In this document: positions 36,505 to 47,266 of the stretch, in pieces
Layout of the letters: each line of letters opens with the position of its first letter
Numbering within the stretch: position 1 is the stretch's first letter
DNA from: Pseudomonadales bacterium
GTDB taxonomy: Bacteria > Patescibacteriota > Microgenomatia > UBA1400 > PJMF01
Assembly (NCBI GenBank): GCA_020632255.1
Contig: JACKFX010000003.1
Coordinates: forward strand, 48,119-112,118
Length of the DNA stretch: 64,000 bases
Reading direction: 5' to 3'
The notes under the pieces: model-generated
What the model was told of the DNA's origin: nothing
The model's database searches: none
What the model saw: the letters and a program-made list of their open reading frames with translations, nothing else
Position numbers and translations under genes: made by a program

Positions 36505-37227
36505 ATGATCGACTTAACCGCGAGACAGATTCAAATTTTGCGTGCAGTTATTGAAGAGTTTATCAATACTGCTGAGCCTGTTGGATCAGAGACGATCGAC
36601 AAGAAGTACTCAATTGGTGTCTCTCCAGCGACTATTCGTAATGAAATGGTCTATCTCGAAAAGCAAGGGTATCTCAAGAAAAGTCATAGCAGTGCTGGTC
36701 GAATTCCCACACCACTGGCGATGAAGTTGTACGTAAATGAGTTGATGAAAGAGCGTGAACTTTCAGTTGCCGACGAAGTTTCAGCCAAAGAAAAGATCTG
36801 GAATCATCGCAAAAAGATAGACGAGTTGTTGTATCACATGACTAAAGTCTTGGCAGAGAAGTCAAAAGCTCTCTGCGTGACTGTGGTAGATGATGACAAG
36901 ATCATTCAGTCTGGATATGCAAATTTGTTGCAGATGCCAGAGTTTTTCGATATTACGGTGATGCGTAATGTGCTGCAGCTTTCAGAAGAGATTAAGTTAC
37001 TCGGAGAGATCTTTGATTCGAGTACGAGCGAAAACCTCGTCCATGTCATCTACGGTCCAGAAATGGGGAACCGCTTTTTGGATCCCGTAGGTATGATTCA
37101 CATGTCATTTAAGCTGGATGAGAGTAAGATCAATGTGGCGATCATTGGCTCAAGCCGTTTTGATTACCCTTACATTATTCCAGTTATGAAGTATTTACGT
37201 GGACTCATTAGAGAAATTGTTGAATAG
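36505..37227 (+). CDS. hrcA: heat-inducible transcription repressor HrcA
   Basis: MIDLTARQIQILRAVIEEFINTAEPVGSETI.. is the HrcA winged-helix N-terminus. The start is set at ATG 36505, downstream of the CIRCE/promoter. Confidence 0.8.
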   Translation: MIDLTARQIQILRAVIEEFINTAEPVGSETIDKKYSIGVSPATIRNEMVYLEKQGYLKKSHSSAGRIPTPLAMKLYVNELMKERELSVADEVSAKEKIWNHRKKIDELLYHMTKVLAEKSKALCVTVVDDDKIIQSGYANLLQMPEFFDITVMRNVLQLSEEIKLLGEIFDSSTSENLVHVIYGPEMGNRFLDPVGMIHMSFKLDESKINVAIIGSSRFDYPYIIPVMKYLRGLIREIVE

Positions 37228-37269
37228 ACGTATGAAGTACATGCACAATCGTGCTTAGATGTAGCTCCT

Positions 37270-37743
37270 ATGCCAAAAAAACACACCCAACCAGTTGTAG
37301 AAACACAAACGGAAGCTCCTGTTCAGGAAGAAAGTACTGTTGTTGAAGAACTTTCGGCAAAACTTGCTGAAGCTGAACTCAAGTACCAACGAGCATTGGC
37401 AGATTATCAGAATTTAGTTCGTCGCACTCAAGAGGATTCACTCCGAAAAGCCAAGTTGGCTACCAAAGATTTTGTGACCAGTTTAATTACTCCTCTTAAC
37501 CATTTGACATTGGCAGCAGGACAGCTCGATGATCCCGGACTCAACATGGTGGTGCAGCAACTCTGGCAAACACTGAATGTCGAAGGCCTTGAATCTGTAG
37601 AAGTCATGAACAAACCATTTGATGCTGAAATCATGGAGGTTGTGGAGATTATCGACAAGGGCAAAAAAGTTATCAAAGTCTTAACTCCATGTTACAAATT
37701 GAACGGAGAAATCATTCAGTTTGCTAAAGTAGTTTTAGATTAA
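37270..37743 (+). CDS. grpE: nucleotide exchange factor GrpE
   Basis: ..KYQRALADYQNLVRRTQED.. followed by a C-terminal beta-domain. Confidence 0.85.
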   Translation: MPKKHTQPVVETQTEAPVQEESTVVEELSAKLAEAELKYQRALADYQNLVRRTQEDSLRKAKLATKDFVTSLITPLNHLTLAAGQLDDPGLNMVVQQLWQTLNVEGLESVEVMNKPFDAEIMEVVEIIDKGKKVIKVLTPCYKLNGEIIQFAKVVLD

Positions 37744-37824
37744 TACTGGGAATTTAACATTAAAAAGGCTGATATATAGAGATATTTATCTTGATGGAGA
37801 TATTAAAATAGGTTCCCTCAAAAA

Positions 37825-37851
37825 TTAGCAGTCAACATCAATTACTGCTTG
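37825..37851 (+). promoter_or_regulatory. weak CIRCE-like inverted repeat TTAGCAGTC-N9-TACTGCTTG upstream of dnaK
   Basis: Only the core AGCAGT/ACTGCT is complementary. Weak call. Confidence 0.25.
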
Positions 37852-37958
37852 CAGTCTAAATAAACGTTTGCTAAAATGGGTCCATAAAAAGAAAGAAAGT
37901 AGTAAGTAGTCGCTTGGAAAAAGACATGATTCTAAGCACACATTCATGAAGGAGATGT

Positions 37959-39881
37959 ATGGCAGATACAGGAAAAATTATCGGAATTGACCTCGGAACC
38001 ACCAACTCAGCAATTGCTGTGATGGAGGGTGGAACAGCTAAGATTGTTCCGACTGCTGAAGGTCGCAACACCTTTCCATCTATTGTTTCATTCAAAGGCG
38101 ATGATGTTTCTGTCGGAGACGTCGCTAAGCGTCAAATGGTGTTAAATCCACAGAAGACGGTTAACTCTGTTAAGCGTTTTATGGGTGGAAAGCTCAAAGA
38201 CAAAGCCGTTAAAGAAGCTATTAAACATGTTTCTTACGAAGTTACTGAAGGTAAAGACGGTATGGCTGTGGTCAAAATTGATGGCAAAGAATTAACTCCA
38301 CAAGAAATTTCTGCAAAAATTTTGGCCAAAGCCAAAGCAGATGCCGAAAGCTATTTGGGCGGAGAAGTCAGCCGTGCGGTTATCACTGTGCCGGCCTATT
38401 TTAATGACGCGCAGCGCCAAGCTACCAAACAAGCAGGTGAAATCGCAGGTCTCAAAGTTGAACGTATCGTCAACGAACCCACAGCCGCTGCGCTCGCCTA
38501 CGGTCTCGAAAAGAAAGGCAGCGAAGTGATTGCTGTCTACGACCTCGGTGGTGGTACCTTTGATATCTCAATTCTCGATATCGGTGATGGTGTGTTTGAA
38601 GTGAAATCAACCAACGGTGATACCTTCCTTGGTGGTGACGACTTCGACAGCAAGATCATTGATTGGATTGTTGCCGAGTTCAAGAAGGATCAAGGTAAAG
38701 ATCTTTCTAAGGATCCACAAGCATTGCAGCGTATCAAAGATGCCGCTGAAAAAGCTAAGATTGAACTTTCAAGCGCCACTTCAAGCGAAATTAACCAACC
38801 TTTCATTACCCAAGGTGACGACGGCCAGCCTTTGCACCTTACTTTGACGCTTACCCGAGCCAAGTTAGAAGAATTGGTTGATGACCTCATTAAACGCTCA
38901 TTTGAGCCAGTTAAAAAAGCACTTAGTGACGCAGGCATGAAGCCAAGTGACATCAGTGACGTCGTCCTCGTTGGAGGTATGACTCGTATGCCTAAGATCC
39001 AAAAAGAAGTTGAAAAATTCTTTGGTAAAGCTCCTCACAAGGGTGTGAACCCAGATGAAGTTGTGGCCATCGGTGCTGCAATTCAAGCTGGTGTGATCGG
39101 CGGAGATGTCCAAGATGTGGTTTTACTTGACGTGACCCCATTAACGCTTGGGCTTGAGACCTTAGGTGGTGTTCGCACTCCACTTATAGAGCGCAACACA
39201 ACTATTCCTACCAGCAAGTCACAAGTTTTCTCAACTGCTGCAGATAATCAAACCTCTGTTGAAATCAACGTGCTCCAGGGTGAGCGCGAGATGGCAGCTG
39301 ACAACAAGTCACTCGGAAAGTTCATTCTCGATGGTATTCCACCAGCACGCCGCGGTGTTCCTCAAGTTGAAGTGACTTTCGACATCGATAGTAACGGTAT
39401 TTTAAATGTAACTGCCAAGGATAAATCTACCGGCAAGGAACAAAAGATTTCTATCCAGAACTCTACGAACCTTTCTGATGATGAAGTCGAAAAGATGAAA
39501 GCAGATGCAGAAAAGCACGCTGAAGAAGACAAAAAGAAGAAAGAAACTGTCGAAGCTCGCAATCACGCTAACTCAGTTGCTTTTGAAATCGAAAAACAAC
39601 TCGAGGAGTACGGTGACAAGCTTGAAGAAGCTGACAAGAAGAGTATCCAAGAAGATGTTACCAAGCTCAAAGAACTGGCTGCAAAGGAAGATGTTTCTAA
39701 GGAAGAAATCGACAAAGCCGTCGACGCAACCTTTAAGTCAGCTCAAAAAATTGGCGAAGTTATGCAAAAAGCACAACAGGCCGAAGCCGATGCGAAGCCT
39801 GCTAGCTCAGATGCAGAAGATACAAAGTCCAAAAAATCAGACAAAGGCGCCGTCGAAGAAGGAGAAGTGGTCAATGAGTAA
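37959..39881 (+). CDS. dnaK: chaperone DnaK (Hsp70)
   Basis: [14 protein letters not shown].., DLGGGTFD and [11 protein letters not shown]. Confidence 0.95.
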   Translation: MADTGKIIGIDLGTTNSAIAVMEGGTAKIVPTAEGRNTFPSIVSFKGDDVSVGDVAKRQMVLNPQKTVNSVKRFMGGKLKDKAVKEAIKHVSYEVTEGKDGMAVVKIDGKELTPQEISAKILAKAKADAESYLGGEVSRAVITVPAYFNDAQRQATKQAGEIAGLKVERIVNEPTAAALAYGLEKKGSEVIAVYDLGGGTFDISILDIGDGVFEVKSTNGDTFLGGDDFDSKIIDWIVAEFKKDQGKDLSKDPQALQRIKDAAEKAKIELSSATSSEINQPFITQGDDGQPLHLTLTLTRAKLEELVDDLIKRSFEPVKKALSDAGMKPSDISDVVLVGGMTRMPKIQKEVEKFFGKAPHKGVNPDEVVAIGAAIQAGVIGGDVQDVVLLDVTPLTLGLETLGGVRTPLIERNTTIPTSKSQVFSTAADNQTSVEINVLQGEREMAADNKSLGKFILDGIPPARRGVPQVEVTFDIDSNGILNVTAKDKSTGKEQKISIQNSTNLSDDEVEKMKADAEKHAEEDKKKKETVEARNHANSVAFEIEKQLEEYGDKLEEADKKSIQEDVTKLKELAAKEDVSKEEIDKAVDATFKSAQKIGEVMQKAQQAEADAKPASSDAEDTKSKKSDKGAVEEGEVVNE

Positions 39882-40004
39882 CTTATAGTAACCGAACACT
39901 GCTTACTCACAGTCTTCTGAGTCGATATTGCGCAAGTCCTTGATTTGAGCATCATAATTCAACAAGTTATATCTAAAAAAATCGCTGGACAGACGCGAGA
40001 TAAG

Positions 40005-40034
40005 ACAGCCCTCGGCCTCACGGCCGGGGGCTGT
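40005..40034. repeat. GC-rich compound hairpin ACAGCCC-t-CGGCC-tcac-GGCCG-g-GGGCTGT
   Basis: Read directly. It shares the CGGCC/GGCCG core with the 19-mer palindromes. No T-run follows. Confidence 0.5.
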
Positions 40035-40231
40035 TCCTAACGATGTTCGAATACAAGATACTCATTTTCAATACATAACAAGTATGTATTGCATTATTAT
40101 AAGACATTAGATAAAATACTATAAGTAACTTATTGACTTTATGGTACACTTTTTAGTGTTTGAAAAAAAAAGAATAATACCTAGTATATAGTATATTACT
40201 GTGTATACATAAAGCGTTTTGAGGAACATAC

Positions 40232-41866
40232 ATGATTACATTAGACGGCCAAACCACTAGTGAGAGATCAAGGTTTGAGCTTTTCAACAAATCAAGAAGG
40301 TATAGAGCAGCATTGGGTCTTGTCTCCATTGCACTCCTTACAGCTTGTGGGTCAGTTAGTAGTCCCGAACCCCCTGCAGCTACCTATCCAGTTGCAAATG
40401 TGGATGAAACGCCAAGTGATGCAGGAGACGATCCCCCAGACCATTTGGATTTGCCTCCGACATTTGTACCGGCTACGCCTGAACAATTGCCATCTCCAGT
40501 AGTAATTGACATGAGTTCTGTAGAGGGTCCTCCAAAAAATCCAACCCGAGAATATTTTAGTGCATTTGAGGGATTTGATAAACTGTCACCTGTGTCGCAA
40601 AGCTTTTTTTTAAATTCAAAAGAAGCCGCTGCTTTTTTACTCGGCGACCCGTCATCTGTTGCCATTGAAATTATTCCTGAATTAGTTGGGGAAGAACCGT
40701 TTGATCATCAAATATATATTGTTGGAGAATTTCCTGTGGATTTAACGTATAACAAGGGTGATCGAGGCGTTCCCACAGAAGATGGATATTTTATTTTTTC
40801 TAATATTGCCATAGATTCCGATGGCAATTCAGTTCAGCTAAAATTTTTTACTCTTGAGATGTACAGTGATGGTAAACTCACTGGAAAATACATACCCGGA
40901 AGTACCCAAGTAGAATGGGTAAGTTTTGACGGAAAGGAGAAATATTTTTTTGATGAAATCTCTGGACAATTTCTTTCTGCCGAACGCATTGCCTATCTAA
41001 CCGATCTTCGTGCTGCACAGTTAGTCGCATCCGATGCTACTCGCATAGAAAAAACTGAAGCTGGGGATGGATGTGCATATAATGAAAAAGATGAAGTGGT
41101 TGCTACGTTTGATTTGCTCTCAAATTCTTGGATAGAAACTTCTTCTGAGACTTCGGGCGCACTATTTGGACCAGAACAACCTGTCGATTCCAAAATTGAA
41201 GGTGTAGAAGAGTATCCCACGACTGTAATAATCCAGAATTTTGAAACTGGCTGGAGTACTACTTCTATGCAAGAATTCCTTGGAGTATTCCCTGAAGCGA
41301 AAATTCCCACTCCAGATGAGTTTTTCGAAATGACTAGCAGTATAATCAATGGCTACCTTCCCGCTACAGCTTTAGAGGCACCAATCGGTTTCAATAATGT
41401 GGTTAATGGCATCGGTGGTGTATTTCCCCTAGGAGAATTTAGCATCACTAAGCAAGAAGCGACAATTTCGGGAGTGGTAGTTGGCACATACGTTCGAACG
41501 AATACCGGAGATTTGGCACTCTTTGTTTTCCAGTTGGTCACAGATCGACAGGGCGACGTTTTTAGTGCAGTTCCTAAGGTACAACTTGGAAAAATAGGAC
41601 CAAACGGTAGCATAGAGAATTTCTTTATTACTAGTACAGACCATGCTAGTAAAGCAGCACTTCTCTCTGGAATGCCTGCATTTTTTCTTGGCTTAAATCT
41701 TCAAGACCCTATTAATGAAGTTACCAGGGAAGCATATGAATCATATATGGCACAAACAGGACCATCAGGGGGATACGACCTCAATAGTGTTTCTACATGG
41801 AATCAAGCTACGACTGGTTTAAATGTCCAGGTGATTTTGCTTCCCCCAGATTACAACCAGCCTTAA
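40232..41866 (+). CDS. hypothetical lipoprotein (544 aa)
   Basis: The N-terminus ..RRYRAALGLVSIALLTACGSVSS has a signal peptide with an L-T-A-C lipobox. An acidic low-complexity linker follows, then a beta-rich body. No known domain. Confidence 0.5.
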   Translation: MITLDGQTTSERSRFELFNKSRRYRAALGLVSIALLTACGSVSSPEPPAATYPVANVDETPSDAGDDPPDHLDLPPTFVPATPEQLPSPVVIDMSSVEGPPKNPTREYFSAFEGFDKLSPVSQSFFLNSKEAAAFLLGDPSSVAIEIIPELVGEEPFDHQIYIVGEFPVDLTYNKGDRGVPTEDGYFIFSNIAIDSDGNSVQLKFFTLEMYSDGKLTGKYIPGSTQVEWVSFDGKEKYFFDEISGQFLSAERIAYLTDLRAAQLVASDATRIEKTEAGDGCAYNEKDEVVATFDLLSNSWIETSSETSGALFGPEQPVDSKIEGVEEYPTTVIIQNFETGWSTTSMQEFLGVFPEAKIPTPDEFFEMTSSIINGYLPATALEAPIGFNNVVNGIGGVFPLGEFSITKQEATISGVVVGTYVRTNTGDLALFVFQLVTDRQGDVFSAVPKVQLGKIGPNGSIENFFITSTDHASKAALLSGMPAFFLGLNLQDPINEVTREAYESYMAQTGPSGGYDLNSVSTWNQATTGLNVQVILLPPDYNQP

Positions 41867-41996
41867 ATTGGTAACTTAGGCTTGCGCGTGATACAACTTA
41901 GATTTGTAACCTGAAAGTAGAGCGATCATAGAATTCCTATTTATTACTGAGTAGTTACGCTTGCAATCATGACAGATGAAGCCCTATACTTAGGTA

Positions 41997-42572
41997 GTGA
42001 TGAAGTCTAAAAGAATTCTGTTCTACACTCTTTTCTTGTTAGGATCCATTATCTTAATGGGATATTTTGTGCTTTCAAGATATGGTTCTGCTTCTGTCTT
42101 CCTTTCTTCACGTTTGCCTTTTAGCAAAGAATCAAATTTGGGTGATCCTCCGTTTAGAGAACAAATTGACGCAAAGGGTAATTATCGCATTGAGATCGAT
42201 GCTCAGGTTATTGAAGTAACGAGAGAAGCGCCGTCACCAGATATGCCCGAACAATCATTTTTAGTCTTGCAAAGTAAGGGCGTAAAAAAGCCATTTAAAG
42301 TTGGTTTAGGACCAGATATTCAACATCGCTCTTTTCGGAATGAGAAATTACTGCAAGAAACCACCCAAGAAGGTGTGATTGTTAGTAGTACAATTCCGGT
42401 TACTGAAATAGCTTCTCTGTTGAATCCCGGTGATTCAATACTGATTCAGCTTGGAGTTATTTCGGAACACGCATCTTTTGTTGAGAGTTGGAAAGCATTT
42501 TTTAACTCTAATAATGGGGAGATAACTATTAATTATAATTTCGTAAGATCTATAACTCTGTTGCCATCATGA
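41997..42572 (+). CDS. hypothetical N-terminally membrane-anchored protein
   Basis: TM helix ILFYTLFLLGSIILMGYFVLS. Its stop overlaps the next start by 4 bp (ATGA). Confidence 0.4.
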   Translation: MMKSKRILFYTLFLLGSIILMGYFVLSRYGSASVFLSSRLPFSKESNLGDPPFREQIDAKGNYRIEIDAQVIEVTREAPSPDMPEQSFLVLQSKGVKKPFKVGLGPDIQHRSFRNEKLLQETTQEGVIVSSTIPVTEIASLLNPGDSILIQLGVISEHASFVESWKAFFNSNNGEITINYNFVRSITLLPS

Positions 42573-45500
42573 TTAAAAGATTTCTACTCTTATCTTTCTT
42601 ACTTGGTCTCTATGTGACGGCGGGGTATCTTATTATACTACAAGGAGTAGTGAAACCTGTGATGGCAACCCAATGTTTGGAGCCTGGGTGTTGTGGGTAT
42701 TATTTGAGATGGTATCAATGGCAATGTATTGAGACAGGGGCGGATACGGGTCGCTGTGCAGCTTTGGGTGAGCCACTGCATTACTTTTGTCCCACTGATG
42801 GCACAGACTGGACTACTGCGGATGAGTGTTTCTTCCATTGTCCAGTGACCTGTGGCACCGCTTGCTATAGTGATTGGGCGTCGGAGTGTGTGATCGAGCA
42901 TCACGACGAACCGTGTGTAAATCCAGATCCAAACACCTGTACTGCATCGTATGCAGCAATTCAGTGCTCAGAGCAGCAAGGGGCAAATGCTTGTGTTGGT
43001 AGTACAGCTCCTCTAGATACTCGCGGTTGTTGGGTGCTTGGTGCCCCAAGTCCGACTCCGACTCCAGGAGTGGATCCCTCTCCCACGCCAAATCCCGGCG
43101 ATTGTGATGGCAACTGGTATGGATGCACTGGAGCAACTACGTGCGCTCGGTTTGATACGCAAGCTCTTTGCCAAGCAGGAGCAAGTCAATGTGCTTGTGG
43201 CGAATGTGCTTGTCAAACTGATAAGGGCAAAATTGCATTTACTTTTTTTGAGGACTTAAACCAAAATGGAGTTTGGGACTTCGATCAAAATGAGAGACGA
43301 ATTCAACCCGACAATTCATGTCCTGTAGATGGCTCGTTCGTCGTTAGTGGTGTTCAACTTTGGTTTGATAGTAGCCAACTTACTCCGACCTGCAATGTTC
43401 TTAATACTGAGTTCGAGGGCACCACTTGCACTGGGAGCCAATCCTGTGGAGCAAATACTTGTAATAGTTGGGGCCCCGAATGGCAGGCGTATGGAGACAC
43501 ATGTTTTGCCGAACCCGAATACTGTAGTGCCTGTAACGCAGGGGGAATAAACTGCATTCCAGGAACTATTGAACAAGGTTTAGTTTGTTCGCAACCTCCT
43601 TTCGTATACTGCGATCCATACGTCGGTCCAAATATGAGAAATGGTTATGTATATATCAAGCAATCGCAAACAGGCGCCCGAAATGTACAAGTAGTGACTC
43701 CTCCAGGTTGGTTTGTCAGTCCTGGTACTCATGGTGGAAGCAATAATTTTACTGTGAACGTTACTACTAATTACAACAGAATTCGTTGCGAAGCAGGACT
43801 ACAAGTTATTGGACTCGTTAGAGATTATAATAAACAATGTACTGTGAATTTGTTCAGAGATAGTATTCCTTCTGATGAATCAACACTCGCCACCGTTTGG
43901 GCACTTTCTGGAAAACCAGGAGCAGATCCGGTCAACTTGGTTATTGGAAAATCAGATTATTCACAGATTTTAGACGAGAACAATCAACTGTATGTGCCTC
44001 CAGGCACCACTCACTACGAAATTTCGGGCAAGCATTACTACATTTGGCATCCACCCATCGATTTGATAAATGGCTCCTTCGAAACTGGTACAACAGCAAA
44101 CTGGACAGGGGGTGGAGCGCTTTCAGCCACTGGTTTTGCAGTGATAGATAGTAACATGTATCCGGCAGATGGCTTGGATGGGCGATTCTATCTCAAGATG
44201 CAGCGGGGAAGTGCTGGAGACGCCTATGTAGTTTCGGACTGGATAGATGTTGGAAGACAGCTGGGCGGCCAATCATTTACTCTAAACTTGATGATTCGAG
44301 GTCAAAATAATTCTGGCACACAAACCGTGAGTAACATTAGTTTGCAAGCAGATGATAATTATCAAGCATTTATTGGAAATGTTACAACCATTCCAACTAG
44401 TTGGACAACGTATACTAGAACAGTTACTTTCCCAGCCAATAACGCCCAGACAAAAATGAGAGTAGTGCTGAGAGTACCCGATAGCACAGCTGCTGTGTAC
44501 TATGATGGTATTTCTGTCGAGAATGCTGATGGTGAGGGTGGATGCACTACAGGCGATAATGTAGCATGTCAAAGTGACACCGTTATTTCGGGTCTGCCTG
44601 TGGGTGACTATAAGTTGCATTGCGAAGTTCCAACTGCTCCCCAGGGCTGTTCTGGAAATCCTAACTGTATTTATGAGGGAGGATCGTTATCTTGTCCCGG
44701 CTTAGAATCATGTAGTTTGCAAGATAATGCCGATCTTGAAGTGACGTGTTCACCTCAGTGTGGACAAACTGGTTGTAATTTCGACGATTCCGGTATACCT
44801 AACCCATCAAATATTCAACCACCAACTCAAAATATGACTACTAATCCGAGCAACCCTCTAATAACTTGGTCAGAATCGAGCACCTTAACCGATTACTGGA
44901 CCCTGATTATCTATAACAGCGGATTGCAATACACCAATGCGCAACTTAATGCAATTGCCGAAGATTGTGGGAACTACACTGGCTCGACCTCTCAACCTCT
45001 ATGTAGACAAATCTCATATGGTGCATTTGACACAAACCACGATGGAACTTTAGATTTACAACCTAGCTATCCGTACGATCCTCAAATTCTTAAAAAGAAT
45101 AACCTACGCATTGCCCTTAGAGGAGTTAATGATACGTGCTATGGGTATGGTGGTAACCAAAATTCTCCATGGATACACAGCACCCTCTTACTTACCGCAA
45201 ATGTAACTGGTACTATTTACGATGGTGAAGGTACGCAGGGGGTTACCCTCTGCACTGGGTTTCAAAACCCAGTCTCATTTCCCCCAACTACTACGCGTAT
45301 AGTGAGCGCTGCCTCTGGGGGGATTCCAGATTCAAGTTCGTTAAGTACATACACTATTTTTAACGTGCCATACTTGCCCGACCTTTCTTGGGGCACTGGC
45401 ACCGATATTATCCTAGACATAAACAACTCAGATTCAAATAACAGTTGGGCCTGTAACTGTCCTGCAAATGGGGATCCATACTCCTGTAGGTACACAAATA

Positions 45501-46504
45501 TTTTAACTCCGTCAACCGGACCAAATGTTAATTTTTGGGTACAACAAGAATTAGCAATCGATCTAGATAATGGACCATGGTGGCAAACATGGGGCGGTAT
45601 GGTGTATGCGGCTAGTGGGTCAGTGATTTCTAGAATTCCTCAGCCTTGTATCGATGATTCAACTGGTTACTGTCGGTCATTCATAGTAGCCAAAGACATT
45701 GATCAAACGACAGATTCTGCTGGTATTCCAATGTCTGGCTCTGGTGTGTTCTCTTCTGGTGATACTTCGGGATACTACACCGATCGTGCAACTCAGCAAG
45801 TAGCCGAAGGCACGTATCATGATCAACTTACACAAGAAAATTATGACTACTTTATTCGTGAAATCTTGATCTCGGAGTACACTGATACTGTTCCTGCAAG
45901 TGTGGAAACTTCTAGCGATATCTTTGATACCGATTTTACCATCGATGCAGATGATAATACGCGTATTTACTACGCAGCCGGTGATGTGACTATCGATCCT
46001 ACTGCCACCATTTCTACCTCTGATTTGCCAGCTGGTGTCGATAAAGCACTTGTGTTGATTAATGGCAACTTAACTGTTCGTGATAGTGATGATATCGAAC
46101 AGGTAATTAATGTTGACGATGGTGATTTCTTAGGATTTATCGTCAATGGCAACATCACTTTTGAGGCATCAGTCGGATTTGATAAAACAATGACAAACTT
46201 AGTACCTGTTGATGCAAATGCTAACGTTGAAGGGTTATTTGTTGCCGATGGCTCACTCATAGTTGATGGCTATGATGCGCTAGGACAGCTTCAGCTTAGT
46301 GACCGCAAGTTTATCGGAGCAGGTACTTTCGTTGGCTTCTCTGGGGTAGCACTGAATAGGGATTTCGAGAACAGTGTCGATCCGCTCACTCGATCGATAA
46401 ATAACCTCGATCCAGTTTCTACTTTTGTCTACCGCCCAGACTTAGTCGAGAGTCTGCCACGATTTATGCACACTCCGGGACTTGTCTGGCAGGAAGTAAA
46501 TTAG
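42569..46504 (+). CDS. giant Cys-rich secreted/anchored protein (1311 aa) with Pro/Thr linker and CBM4/9-like carbohydrate-binding domain
   Basis: N-terminal hydrophobic anchor. About 60 Cys in the first ~330 aa (C-x-x-C / CGxC patterns). PSPTPTPGVDPSPTPNPGDC linker at ~43048-43110. ..INGSFETGTTANWTGGG..RFYLKMQRGSAGDAYVVSDWIDV..YYDGISVENA (44069-44525) resembles a CBM_4_9 jelly-roll. Confidence 0.65.
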   Translation: MIKRFLLLSFLLGLYVTAGYLIILQGVVKPVMATQCLEPGCCGYYLRWYQWQCIETGADTGRCAALGEPLHYFCPTDGTDWTTADECFFHCPVTCGTACYSDWASECVIEHHDEPCVNPDPNTCTASYAAIQCSEQQGANACVGSTAPLDTRGCWVLGAPSPTPTPGVDPSPTPNPGDCDGNWYGCTGATTCARFDTQALCQAGASQCACGECACQTDKGKIAFTFFEDLNQNGVWDFDQNERRIQPDNSCPVDGSFVVSGVQLWFDSSQLTPTCNVLNTEFEGTTCTGSQSCGANTCNSWGPEWQAYGDTCFAEPEYCSACNAGGINCIPGTIEQGLVCSQPPFVYCDPYVGPNMRNGYVYIKQSQTGARNVQVVTPPGWFVSPGTHGGSNNFTVNVTTNYNRIRCEAGLQVIGLVRDYNKQCTVNLFRDSIPSDESTLATVWALSGKPGADPVNLVIGKSDYSQILDENNQLYVPPGTTHYEISGKHYYIWHPPIDLINGSFETGTTANWTGGGALSATGFAVIDSNMYPADGLDGRFYLKMQRGSAGDAYVVSDWIDVGRQLGGQSFTLNLMIRGQNNSGTQTVSNISLQADDNYQAFIGNVTTIPTSWTTYTRTVTFPANNAQTKMRVVLRVPDSTAAVYYDGISVENADGEGGCTTGDNVACQSDTVISGLPVGDYKLHCEVPTAPQGCSGNPNCIYEGGSLSCPGLESCSLQDNADLEVTCSPQCGQTGCNFDDSGIPNPSNIQPPTQNMTTNPSNPLITWSESSTLTDYWTLIIYNSGLQYTNAQLNAIAEDCGNYTGSTSQPLCRQISYGAFDTNHDGTLDLQPSYPYDPQILKKNNLRIALRGVNDTCYGYGGNQNSPWIHSTLLLTANVTGTIYDGEGTQGVTLCTGFQNPVSFPPTTTRIVSAASGGIPDSSSLSTYTIFNVPYLPDLSWGTGTDIILDINNSDSNNSWACNCPANGDPYSCRYTNILTPSTGPNVNFWVQQELAIDLDNGPWWQTWGGMVYAASGSVISRIPQPCIDDSTGYCRSFIVAKDIDQTTDSAGIPMSGSGVFSSGDTSGYYTDRATQQVAEGTYHDQLTQENYDYFIREILISEYTDTVPASVETSSDIFDTDFTIDADDNTRIYYAAGDVTIDPTATISTSDLPAGVDKALVLINGNLTVRDSDDIEQVINVDDGDFLGFIVNGNITFEASVGFDKTMTNLVPVDANANVEGLFVADGSLIVDGYDALGQLQLSDRKFIGAGTFVGFSGVALNRDFENSVDPLTRSINNLDPVSTFVYRPDLVESLPRFMHTPGLVWQEVN

Positions 46505-46520
46505 TCTTTCGTGAATAGGT

Positions 46521-47183
46521 ATGACAAAAACTGCAGAAACAGCTCAAAAAAATCTAGCTCGAGCTTCACTTACCAAATTAGCTTTTTTAACTGTGTGTGC
46601 GGTCTTGGTAGTGGGGCTGGTGAAAAACTGGATGGAGCGACGTTCATTATCTTCGTCAGATTTTGAGAACAGTTTCGTTGAACAGATTTTTCGTGGTTCT
46701 GGTCCAGTTGATTCGGTGGAGGCTGCCGAAATATTTTCAAGTGTATTGCCGAGCTTGTATACCAATACCTTTTTTGGTGATGGCCAAACTGATGATGGAT
46801 ATAGACTTATCTTTGCAGGCTTTGTGGGTGAAGAACGTGCTGGAGCAGGTCAGAATGAAGGTCGAATATATCTAAGTTTGTATCCGTATTTATATGATCA
46901 GCAGGTTCCTGTCTTTTTGGATATCACCGAAGCAAAACAAGAAGTCACCGTTGTAGAGAGAGGTGAATCAATTACTCAGCCTTTCGATAAGGCTCGCTTA
47001 AAGATGAGCGGACGCCGTCCAGCGGTACTTACTTTCTTTTTTTCAAATGATCAAGTCACTGAATTCACTTACCTCAAAATGAATCTTGAGAAGCTAAGTG
47101 ACAAAATGCTTTTTAATACTAATAAAGACATTTCTGATATAATTATGCACCCAGAGTTTATTACTACAATTCAACTTTTCTAG
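46521..47183 (+). CDS. hypothetical membrane-anchored protein
   Basis: TM helix LAFLTVCAVLVVGLV. No domain recognised. Confidence 0.4.
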   Translation: MTKTAETAQKNLARASLTKLAFLTVCAVLVVGLVKNWMERRSLSSSDFENSFVEQIFRGSGPVDSVEAAEIFSSVLPSLYTNTFFGDGQTDDGYRLIFAGFVGEERAGAGQNEGRIYLSLYPYLYDQQVPVFLDITEAKQEVTVVERGESITQPFDKARLKMSGRRPAVLTFFFSNDQVTEFTYLKMNLEKLSDKMLFNTNKDISDIIMHPEFITTIQLF

Positions 47184-47266
47184 CACTTCTCGAATACTAT
47201 TTGCTTTAGCAGTCAAGCAATTTAACTGCTTAACTTTTATTTCAAAAGTTGTTACAATAAGACGCT

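Noticed and set aside
40028-40060. GGGGCTG.. as a possible tmRNA 5' end
   Set aside because: The downstream sequence has no tRNA-Ala-like acceptor/T-arm or tag-reading-frame features. It is part of the GC hairpin after dnaK.
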